From positions 1-64,000 of the IMG/VR virus record IMGVR_UViG_3300031991_000008: a stretch of 64,000 nt of DNA; one strand, written 5' to 3'. This DNA comes from a virus. Positions 55,250 to 63,464 of the stretch are shown in pieces. The notes beneath the pieces were generated by a model, which saw only the letters and a program-made list of their open reading frames with translations, searched no databases and was not told the origin of the DNA. How positions within the stretch are numbered: the stretch's first letter is position 1; the number at the start of each line of letters is the position of its first letter. A program made the position numbers and the translations under genes.

Positions 55250-55500
55250 CCTTCGCCGGTTGGCTGCAAGGCATTCGGAAGGCCGTCTCCCTGCTCCGGG
55301 GCAACGGCTACCCTGACGCGCACCTGTGGCCGTTGGCGGCCGTTTGGAGCGAACACGATTTGGTGGTAGATCGGAAGAACGGTGAGTTCGCGACGAACGC
55401 GGTCTTGACCCAGGCGGCGATCTACTCGGCTCTTGGGAACGAGGGCGCCAAGGAGTTCAAGAAGATCATCGGCACGTTGCTCTCCGAAGACGAGGAATAA
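55243..55500 (+). CDS. probable -1 frameshift extension of the tail chaperone (G-T-like fusion)
   Basis: The -1 frame after ...AGC CCC TAA reads ...PLTFAGWLQGIRKAVSLLRGNGYPDAHLWPLAAVWSEHDLVVDRKNGEF...EDEE* with coding-like composition. It ends 3 nt before the tape measure ATG. Confidence 0.4.
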   Translation, partial: PLTFAGWLQGIRKAVSLLRGNGYPDAHLWPLAAVWSEHDLVVDRKNGEFATNAVLTQAAIYSALGNEGAKEFKKIIGTLLSEDEE

Positions 55501-55503
55501 CCG

Positions 55504-58500
55504 ATGGCTATCCGCGATGTCGAACTCATCATCAAGGCTCGGGACCAAGCGAGCCAAATCGCGAAGACCGTTGGTGATGCGTTCGACCGTCTCTCGACTG
55601 CCGAGACGAAGGTAGGTACGGCGTCGGACAAGGCGGGCGATCTCATCGCTCGTCTCGCTACCGAACTCGCGCAGCTTCAAGCCACCGCAGGCGGCCTCTC
55701 CGCGTTCTCCCGCGTGTCCGGGCAGATCGACCGCGCTGGCGCATCCGTCACGCGGCTGCAAACGAATCTCGCACGCGCTCAAGATGCGTTCGTGCAAACC
55801 TCCCTGCGTGCGTCGCAGACGGCGACGAACCTCGGCCTGATCGAAGCCGAAGCGAACAGCGCGCGTACTGCGTTGGCAGGACAAGAAGGCGTGCTCTCGA
55901 CTCTGCAAGCGGAGTTGGCGCGCACGAATGCGCAAGTCGCGCAGGCTGGCGCTCGGTATCGTCAGTTGACCGGCGAGCTTCGTCAAACGAAGGCACCGAG
56001 CGATGCGTTGAAGCAGAGCGTGCGCGATCAACGCGACGCGCTGATCTCTTTGGTGGAGCAACAGCTTCGCCAGACGAACGCGCTGGCCGCGCAGCAACAG
56101 GTTGTTCGCACGGCCGCCGCTACGCTCAACACCTTGGAGAAGGAAGCCGGACAAACTGCGACGCAGTTGCGTCGTGTGAACATCGAGTTCGAGAAGACGG
56201 CTATCGCTGCGCGAAATGAATCGCAAGCGGTCGAGATCGCAACGAACGAATATCAGCAATTGCAGGCTGCGGCGACGGCGGCCTCGGCGTCGCTCGGTGG
56301 CGTCGCGCTCAAGCAAGACGACATCACCGCTGCGGCTCGGCGTAACGCGGACGCGATCTCGCGCGTCACTCTCGCGCTCGCGCAACAGCAAGCTCGCGCC
56401 AGCCAATCGTCGGGTCAAGCAGCCGCGAGCGGCCCGGCCGCACAGGCGACGGCCGCGCTGCGCTCTCAAATTGCAGCGGTCGAACAAACTCGCGCAGCGT
56501 GGAAGGCCGCCGAGGGCGATGCTGCCCGTCTCGCTGTGTCGATCCGCAACGTCGCACAACCCACGGCCGCGATGCGCGCCGAGTTCACGCTGGCGACCAT
56601 TGCCGCGCGGACGGCTAAGGATGAGTTTCGTCAGCAAGAGGCCGCGTTGCGTGGTATGCGCGCAGGCTTGCAGTTCGTGCAGACCGCGTTTCAACCGTTC
56701 ACGGCGTCGGCGCGTGCTGCCGCATTGGCGCAAACGCAAACGTCGGCCGCGTCGCTCACGCTCATTCAACGGCTGTCGCTGCTCGCGCAACGGCTCATTG
56801 GTATCCGCGCTCCTGCGCAACAGGCGACGGCCGCGCTTAATGCCGCTACGACTGCGGCTGCGCGTGCGAACGCAGCGAATCCGAACCAGGCGTTCCTCGG
56901 CCTCACGCCGTCGCGCTTGCAAAACCTGTCGTTTCAAATCAACGACGTGATTACGCAGCTTGCGTCCGGCACGAGTGTTCAACAAACGCTCGCACAACAG
57001 GCCGCGCAGATCGGGCAGTTGTTCCCGAAGTTCAACAACCTGCTCATCTCGGGTCTGCGACTGCTTCCGGTCTTGGCGGCAATCGGTGTCGTGCTGTCTC
57101 CGATCATCGCGGCCTTCATCAACCTCGGCAACACGGCGAAGTCGATTCGTGAATTCAATACGGTGCTCGCCGCGACCGGCGACAGCGCGCGTATCTCGTC
57201 GCGTGAACTCGCGAACACCGCGCGTGCCATCGACGAGTACGGCGGTTCTCTCGAAGACGCCATTGCCATCGAGCGCGAATTCCTGACGCAAGGGATCGCC
57301 ATCGACCACATGGAAGACTTGGCGAACGCGGCGACGAATGTCGGTCGCGCGTTCGGCATCGAAGCGACGGAAGCCGCGACGAAGTTCACGCGAGCGATCA
57401 ATGGCAGTCTCGACGATGTGCTGTCGCTGGACCGTGAGATCAACTTCCTCACGGCGTCCGAACGCGAGCGCATCCGCGCACTGAATGAATCGACCGACGC
57501 TACCACGCGCGACGCTCGCGAAGCAGAGCAGCGGCAGATCGTCTACGAAGCGTTGATCCGCCAAAGCGATCAGATCGCAGCGAACTCTCGCGGCCCGTGG
57601 TCGCAAGCGTTCCGCACGTTGGGCCAAGCGTTCAACGATGTTGTGCGCGCGTTCGAGAACACGGGCATCATTCAAGCGCTCGGCCGTCAGTTCGACGAAC
57701 TCGGTCAGAAGGTCAACGGCGCCGCACAGAATTTCCGCGTCGGCTTCGCGTTCCTCACCGGCGGCCGTCAAGGTCTCGTGCGCTTGGCAGAACGGCAACA
57801 AGCTGACCGCGCTTCCGGCGATCCGCGTGATCCTGATTCCGCTGTCGCGCAACGTGCGGCCGAAGCCCGCGCCGCGCAGCAACGTGAGTTCAATCGCGAA
57901 CTTGATCGCACTCTCGAACGTCGCCAACTCGAAGTCCGGCTCTCCGGTGCGTCGCGTGAAGCTGCGGCCGGTGAGCGTGCGGTGTTCGACTTGCAGAACG
58001 ACGCCCGCCGCGCTGGTGTCACGCTCACGCAAGAGCAGATCAGCGCCACCCGTACTGCGGCCGAGGCCGAAGAACGCGCTCGTGCAGGGCGTCGCCAAGG
58101 CATCTCTGACACGAATAGCCTGATCCGCCGTCAGCGCGAATTTAATCTCGATCTCGAACGCGAGAACGCTCAACGCGCTCTGCAAATTCGGCTGCTTGGT
58201 ATGACGGCTCGGCAGGCGGCCGTTGAATCGGCTATCGAGCAAGCGCGCATCCGCGCGGCAGAACGTCGTGTCGAGATCACGGATCGTCAGATCGAACAAA
58301 TCCGAGAGAGCGCCGAAGCGCTGTTCGACGCGCAGCAGGCCGAGACGCAACGCAACGAACTGTTGCAGATGGAAATCGAACTGCGCGGCATCCTCATTCA
58401 CAACATGGAGCGAGTCTCTGTAGAGCAGCAAATCCAAGAGGAAGCGCAGCTTCGCAACATCGACTTGACCACGCAATATGGTCAAGCGTGGTCCGCCATG

Positions 58501-59400
58501 CGGACGCGAGTGATCGAGGCTACGCGCTCGGTCGAAGATTTGCGTGAAGCGCAGAGCCGTGTTGGCGCACTAGCACAGAACCTTCGCAACATGGAACGCG
58601 ACTTCCGCACGGCGCGGGAGAACGGAGAGACCCGGGCGCAACTTGCGGAGCGGATGGAAGCTCTCGAAGAACAACGGCGCCTGCTTGTTGAAGCGCGCGA
58701 CGCTGCGATCCAACTGGCCGAAGCTCTCGGCGACGAAGAAGCTCTCGAACGCCTGCGCGCCACGAATTCCGAAATCCGTGTGCAGCGTGAAGAGACGTTG
58801 AGCACGGCCGACGCGAACCGGATGCTCGCAGACATGCTCACTCAAGCCATCGACAAGTCGGCCGAACAGATCGCGCTTGCTATTGACGGCACGCAGGATT
58901 GGGGCGACGCGCTCACCGCTATCGGTGACATCTTCCGACAGTTCGCGTCAGACTTCTTGCGGCAAATCGCGAACATGATTATCCAGCAGTTGATCCTCAA
59001 TGCGCTGCAATCGTCCGGCTTCGGCGGCGCTGTGTCCGGCGCCGTGAACGCCGTCACTCGCCACGGCGGCGGCATGGCAGGCTCGGGCGGCCCGCGCCGT
59101 CGTGTCGATCCTCGCATCTTCGTCGGCGCTCGCAAGTTCCACGGCGGCGGTGTCGCGGGTTTGACCAAGGACGAAGTGCCCGCGATCCTCAAGCGCGGCG
59201 AAGAAGTTCTCACGGCCGCCGATCCGCGCCACGTTGCGAACGGCGGACAAAGTGGTGGCGGCGTTAACGTGCGAAACGTGAACGTGTTTGACGCGACCGA
59301 AGTTTTGCAACAAGCCTTGTCTCGCTCGGGCGGCGAGAAGGTGATCCTCAACTATGTGCGCGAAAATCCGAGCGCATTCCGCAGTGCATTGGGAGTCTAA
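55504..59400 (+). CDS. tail tape measure protein (1298 aa)
   Basis: Very long Ala/Gln/Arg-rich coiled-coil protein in the canonical position after the G/T chaperones. Confidence 0.8.
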   Translation: MAIRDVELIIKARDQASQIAKTVGDAFDRLSTAETKVGTASDKAGDLIARLATELAQLQATAGGLSAFSRVSGQIDRAGASVTRLQTNLARAQDAFVQTSLRASQTATNLGLIEAEANSARTALAGQEGVLSTLQAELARTNAQVAQAGARYRQLTGELRQTKAPSDALKQSVRDQRDALISLVEQQLRQTNALAAQQQVVRTAAATLNTLEKEAGQTATQLRRVNIEFEKTAIAARNESQAVEIATNEYQQLQAAATAASASLGGVALKQDDITAAARRNADAISRVTLALAQQQARASQSSGQAAASGPAAQATAALRSQIAAVEQTRAAWKAAEGDAARLAVSIRNVAQPTAAMRAEFTLATIAARTAKDEFRQQEAALRGMRAGLQFVQTAFQPFTASARAAALAQTQTSAASLTLIQRLSLLAQRLIGIRAPAQQATAALNAATTAAARANAANPNQAFLGLTPSRLQNLSFQINDVITQLASGTSVQQTLAQQAAQIGQLFPKFNNLLISGLRLLPVLAAIGVVLSPIIAAFINLGNTAKSIREFNTVLAATGDSARISSRELANTARAIDEYGGSLEDAIAIEREFLTQGIAIDHMEDLANAATNVGRAFGIEATEAATKFTRAINGSLDDVLSLDREINFLTASERERIRALNESTDATTRDAREAEQRQIVYEALIRQSDQIAANSRGPWSQAFRTLGQAFNDVVRAFENTGIIQALGRQFDELGQKVNGAAQNFRVGFAFLTGGRQGLVRLAERQQADRASGDPRDPDSAVAQRAAEARAAQQREFNRELDRTLERRQLEVRLSGASREAAAGERAVFDLQNDARRAGVTLTQEQISATRTAAEAEERARAGRRQGISDTNSLIRRQREFNLDLERENAQRALQIRLLGMTARQAAVESAIEQARIRAAERRVEITDRQIEQIRESAEALFDAQQAETQRNELLQMEIELRGILIHNMERVSVEQQIQEEAQLRNIDLTTQYGQAWSAMRTRVIEATRSVEDLREAQSRVGALAQNLRNMERDFRTARENGETRAQLAERMEALEEQRRLLVEARDAAIQLAEALGDEEALERLRATNSEIRVQREETLSTADANRMLADMLTQAIDKSAEQIALAIDGTQDWGDALTAIGDIFRQFASDFLRQIANMIIQQLILNALQSSGFGGAVSGAVNAVTRHGGGMAGSGGPRRRVDPRIFVGARKFHGGGVAGLTKDEVPAILKRGEEVLTAADPRHVANGGQSGGGVNVRNVNVFDATEVLQQALSRSGGEKVILNYVRENPSAFRSALGV

Positions 59401-59401
59401 G

Positions 59402-59635
59402 ATGAGCATTGATCTTTCCGCCGTCGCGGCCGAATCGAAGAAGGGTGAAGGTGGCTACGCTTTCCGAGCGGGTATCGACGCCGAGAAGACCGCGCAACTG
59501 CTTGAGCAGATGGCGGCACAGCTTCGTGCGACCAACATCATCCCCACGAAGTGCTCGGTCACGTCCGAGTTCGTCAGCGGCGATTGGGAACGCGGTCGGC
59601 TCGTGCTTGAGTTCAACGAGAAGGTGTTTCTGTAA
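59402..59635 (+). CDS. small tail protein (lambda M-like position, 77 aa)
   Basis: ORF directly after the tape measure gene. Confidence 0.35.
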   Translation: MSIDLSAVAAESKKGEGGYAFRAGIDAEKTAQLLEQMAAQLRATNIIPTKCSVTSEFVSGDWERGRLVLEFNEKVFL

Positions 59636-60669
59636 TGGCCTACGAAACTGCAACCGCTTCGTCGTCGTCGGACTTCTACGACCGCCTCATCACGTTCCTG
59701 ACGACGGACAGCGATCTCGTCGCGAACTCGCAGAATTGGGCCGTCGTCTGGCGGCCCGACTCGAACAGCACGGGCGAGAACGGAACGGACATTGTGCTCC
59801 GTGGTCCGGGTTTGTCTGCGGCCGATCAGGTCTACATTGGGTTCCGGCTCGTCGAAGACCTGCTCAACGACTCCGCGTGGATCGAAATGGTCGGCATGAC
59901 CGGCATCATCACGAGCGCGCTCAACTACGATCAGCACGTCAACGTCACCACCAACGGCGGCGTGCGGATGCACTTGCGCGGAAACAACCCGATGGACTAT
60001 TGGTTCGTCGCGAACGGCCGTCGTTTCGTTGTGGTGGCTCAAGTCTCGACGATCTACGAAACGCTGTACGGCGGTCTGTTCCTGCCCTACGGCGAACCGA
60101 CTCAATACACCTACCCGCTGTTCATTGGCGGTGCGAGCGGCAACAGTTCGGGGTCGGGCGAGATCGAAGATTGGCGTTCGACTGCTACGGCGCACTCGCT
60201 GTTTCACCGACCGCAAATCAATACGTCGCCGTCCGGGCCTTATGGCCCGAGCGCGTACATGCTCAATCCTGCGGGGGAGTGGATGACGTGCGGCATCACG
60301 GACAATGAAAACCACGACTGCGGAATGACCCCGTGGGAGTTCCACGACGACGGAGACGATTGGCGGATCGAAAAGGCCAGCACCACGGGGCAAAAGGGAT
60401 ACGCGGATCACCACGCTCGAATCATCCAGGCGTTCGGTGGAGACTTCCCACTCGCGCCTATTGGCATCTGCCGTCGTGGACCGAACCGTCAGTTCTACGG
60501 CGTGCTCGAAGGCGTGTATCACGCGCCGGGACGTGGCAACTCCGCGGAGAATGTGGTGTTGGCAAACAACCTCGATCACGTCTGTTTCCCGAACGTGTTC
60601 CGAACGGACATCCAAGAATTTTTCGCTGTGCAAATCGGCTTCCCCGAAGACTCCAACTCGCGCTCGTAA
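59635..60669 (+). CDS. putative distal tail / baseplate protein (344 aa; ends ...PEDSNSRS)
   Basis: Position after the tape measure. SNS motifs at residue ~42 and at the C-terminus. Confidence 0.4.
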   Translation: MAYETATASSSSDFYDRLITFLTTDSDLVANSQNWAVVWRPDSNSTGENGTDIVLRGPGLSAADQVYIGFRLVEDLLNDSAWIEMVGMTGIITSALNYDQHVNVTTNGGVRMHLRGNNPMDYWFVANGRRFVVVAQVSTIYETLYGGLFLPYGEPTQYTYPLFIGGASGNSSGSGEIEDWRSTATAHSLFHRPQINTSPSGPYGPSAYMLNPAGEWMTCGITDNENHDCGMTPWEFHDDGDDWRIEKASTTGQKGYADHHARIIQAFGGDFPLAPIGICRRGPNRQFYGVLEGVYHAPGRGNSAENVVLANNLDHVCFPNVFRTDIQEFFAVQIGFPEDSNSRS

Positions 60670-60678
60670 GGATCAGCA

Positions 60679-61728
60679 ATGGCCTACTCTGTCCACAACA
60701 TCTCTGCGATCACCGACGTTCCCGCGTTGGTCGGCGCGTTCGCTGCGGCTAACGGGTTTGTCACCGATCTCACGAACCCTAACATCCCGATCATCTCGTG
60801 CCCCGGCGACTCGAACAGCGCCGAACCGAACTTGGAATTTCAAATCCAAGCGACGATCTCGGGAACGAACAATCAGAATCACGATTGTTGGTGGAGCGAA
60901 GCTCGCGGCGGATCGAATTCTTTCGCCGACGATGACATCGCTCGCATCACGTCTCCTAAGCTCAACGTCGGAGCGGCTACGACGGCGAACCCCACGGTGT
61001 CGCTGCCTACTCGATTGCACATCTTCGGCACGGCTGTAGCCACGGATAATCCGTTCATCGCGGTCTCCATCGAGTACGGCTTCAACAGCCACCGTCACTT
61101 GTATTTTGGCAAGATCGAATCGCGCGGGAACTACACCGGACGCGACGTGATCGCGTGCGCAGGCGGCCGTCGCGGCTCCACTTCCTCGTCGCTCGAACAC
61201 TGGACCGACGACGCTTCCTCTCACTTTCTCGCATCGGGTTTCTCGTCCGTGCAAGGAACGGGCAACTATGGTGGTGCGCGGATCATCCACGCGGACAATC
61301 CGACTGAATGGCGCCGCTTTGACGCGCCATTAGGTACGAGCACGCCATTGGACGAATATACGAACCAACAAATCAACGGGGGTTTCCAAGACGGATTCAA
61401 CGACGGTTGGGTCATGGACGGCAAGGCCGCCTTCGCGGGCGTGAACATCCTCGTGCCGATCAACCTCTACGCGCCGATCCCGATCTCGGGCAACACCGAC
61501 GTTTCGTTCGTCCCGCTCGGGCGTCTTCCGGGTGTTCGCATGGTCAACATGCAGGACTTGGAACCGGGACAACAGATTGAAGTCGGTAACGAAACGTGGC
61601 GCGTGTTTCCGCACACGACCAAGCGCGATGAGACCACGCAACTCAACGGGGTCGGCGGCGTGAACTGGCCGACCTACGAGACGAGCTACTATCTCGGTTA
61701 CGCATATCTCGAAGAGGATGCTCCGTAA
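60679..61728 (+). CDS. putative distal tail / baseplate protein (349 aa)
   Basis: Also starts MAY... with DSNS near residue 45. It may be a distant paralog of the previous gene. Confidence 0.4.
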   Translation: MAYSVHNISAITDVPALVGAFAAANGFVTDLTNPNIPIISCPGDSNSAEPNLEFQIQATISGTNNQNHDCWWSEARGGSNSFADDDIARITSPKLNVGAATTANPTVSLPTRLHIFGTAVATDNPFIAVSIEYGFNSHRHLYFGKIESRGNYTGRDVIACAGGRRGSTSSSLEHWTDDASSHFLASGFSSVQGTGNYGGARIIHADNPTEWRRFDAPLGTSTPLDEYTNQQINGGFQDGFNDGWVMDGKAAFAGVNILVPINLYAPIPISGNTDVSFVPLGRLPGVRMVNMQDLEPGQQIEVGNETWRVFPHTTKRDETTQLNGVGGVNWPTYETSYYLGYAYLEEDAP

Positions 61729-63464
61729 TGGCTACGGGCTACATCGAACCGATCATGTCTGCATTCGAGCGCGGCGGCCAAGGGTCGTTCGTGCTTGCTT
61801 CGCTTCCGCAAAACGAGCGGTTGCTGGCGCACGCCGATGTCGATCCGTTCTATGGTGACTTCTCGTTTCAGAATCCTGATCCGATCTCGCAGTCATACGG
61901 CGGGAACCGAGAGTTCGCGTTTCTCGACGACTTCTATTTCCGCGTCTATCTGATCCCGCAAATCTTGGACTTTGGCGCCATCGTTACGACCGTTACGCGA
62001 GAGATCACGGTGTGGAACGCATACTTCACGCCCGTCATCTTGCAGAGCATCACGCCGTTCTTCGGCGAAGAAGTTGTGCAGGGTGGTCCGGCTTTGCCGA
62101 ATTCGATCCCGCCGCTGACGATCCGCGCGTGGGAATTCACCGTCACGACCGAAGGCCCCCCGACGCTCGAAGAATCCTACACTTGGACGTTCGACACGGG
62201 CGAAGTGTTCACGCTGCCCGTGACGGGAACGCGCTCGGTTCTGTGGCCGTTCCTGCCCAATTGGGGCACGCCGTTCCGGTACACGCTGGAATATGATACG
62301 TCGGTCTTCACTGCGCGCAGCGGCCGTGAGCAACGTCGCGCGGATCGCGAGCATCCGCGTCTTTCTCTTGAGTTCGACATCATCGTTCACAGCGACAAGC
62401 TCGCGAACTATCGTCGCCTCATGGCGTTGTGGCAGGACCGCCCGTTCATTGTGTCGGACATTTCTCGCAACGTGACCGCCGAGACGGCACTGCTCGCGGG
62501 ACAGAACACGGTCACGGTGAGCGACGACCCGACGTGGATTGGTGTTGAAGATCGCGCGGTCGTACTCGTCACGGGTTCGGGCGAAGCGCAGCAGGTTGGC
62601 TCGCGTGTGATCGACAACATCGACACGTCCAACAATCTGCTTACGTTCAAGGACACTGATACGGTTGATTGGCCGGTCGGTACTAAGATTTATGCGGTCG
62701 TCGTCGCCAACCTCGAAGACGAACGCACGTTGCAACGGCACACGACGAACATTCGTTCGGGCTCGATTCGATTCAAGGTCTTGCCCGGAACCGAACTCGT
62801 CGAAGCGCCGCCGCTCGCTGACGAATATTTTCTCGACCGCGAGTTGTTTCTGTTCAAGCCGAATTGGGGATCGCAGAACGACGCGCTCGACGCGCATCCG
62901 ACCGAGTACGTGGACTACGGCGTTGGCCGACTCGCACGGTTCTCCCCGCTCGCGTATCCGCAACAAACGTGGACGCAGACTTACGTTGGACGCGACGCCG
63001 AGGGTATTCGCGAACTGCTCGACGTGTTTCGCCGCGCCAAGGGTCGTCAGGGCGAATTCTACATGCCGACGTGGGAAAACGATCTTGTCCCGAGTGTGCG
63101 ACTCAACGGAGCGACGCTTGGTATGCAGATCGCCGGGCTCGACGTACTCAACGCATACGGAACCGACCCGACGAAGCAGGCCGTGATGGTAGAGCTTGTT
63201 GATGGCACGCGCATCTTCCGGGCTATCGACGAAGTTGTCGTACACCCGAACGAAGTCGATACCCTCATCAACATGACGCAAACTTGGGACGACACCATTG
63301 AACTCGAAGACATCCATCAAGTGTCGTGGCTCATGTGCTGGCGCTTCTCGACGGACGATCTCACGGCAGAGTTTTTGACGAACAGCGTTGCGAACTTGTC
63401 TATGAGTGTTTCGTCTCTCGAAGACCTGCCTGCGGAATCAGATGAAGGGTCGAACTCGCCATGA
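61728..63464 (+). CDS. distal tail protein containing a DUF2460-like (GTA g12-like) region (578 aa)
   Basis: Internal ...SGREQRRADREHPRLSLEFDI... resembles the DUF2460 GHEQRNARW...R core. It directly precedes a DUF2163 gene, as in GTA and alphaproteobacterial siphophages. Ends ...DEGSNSP*. Confidence 0.45.
   Translation: MATGYIEPIMSAFERGGQGSFVLASLPQNERLLAHADVDPFYGDFSFQNPDPISQSYGGNREFAFLDDFYFRVYLIPQILDFGAIVTTVTREITVWNAYFTPVILQSITPFFGEEVVQGGPALPNSIPPLTIRAWEFTVTTEGPPTLEESYTWTFDTGEVFTLPVTGTRSVLWPFLPNWGTPFRYTLEYDTSVFTARSGREQRRADREHPRLSLEFDIIVHSDKLANYRRLMALWQDRPFIVSDISRNVTAETALLAGQNTVTVSDDPTWIGVEDRAVVLVTGSGEAQQVGSRVIDNIDTSNNLLTFKDTDTVDWPVGTKIYAVVVANLEDERTLQRHTTNIRSGSIRFKVLPGTELVEAPPLADEYFLDRELFLFKPNWGSQNDALDAHPTEYVDYGVGRLARFSPLAYPQQTWTQTYVGRDAEGIRELLDVFRRAKGRQGEFYMPTWENDLVPSVRLNGATLGMQIAGLDVLNAYGTDPTKQAVMVELVDGTRIFRAIDEVVVHPNEVDTLINMTQTWDDTIELEDIHQVSWLMCWRFSTDDLTAEFLTNSVANLSMSVSSLEDLPAESDEGSNSP

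Noticed and set aside
136-63464. Possibility that the DSNS motif is the bacterial N-glycosylation sequon D/E-X-N-X-S/T
   Set aside because: Only about 6 of about 27 copies have S/T at +2 (DSNST, DSNSS). Most are followed by A, L, M, E, P or R, so the PglB-type sequon does not explain the conservation.
136-63464. Possibility that GACTCGAACTCG is a DNA-level signal (Chi-like, methylation target GANTC, packaging or late-transcription site) rather than a peptide motif
   Set aside because: All copies are in-frame in the same reading phase. Synonymous codon variants (TCC, AGC) preserve the peptide. There are no copies in intergenic DNA or in the minus-strand gene block in either orientation. A DNA-level role cannot be fully excluded but is less parsimonious.
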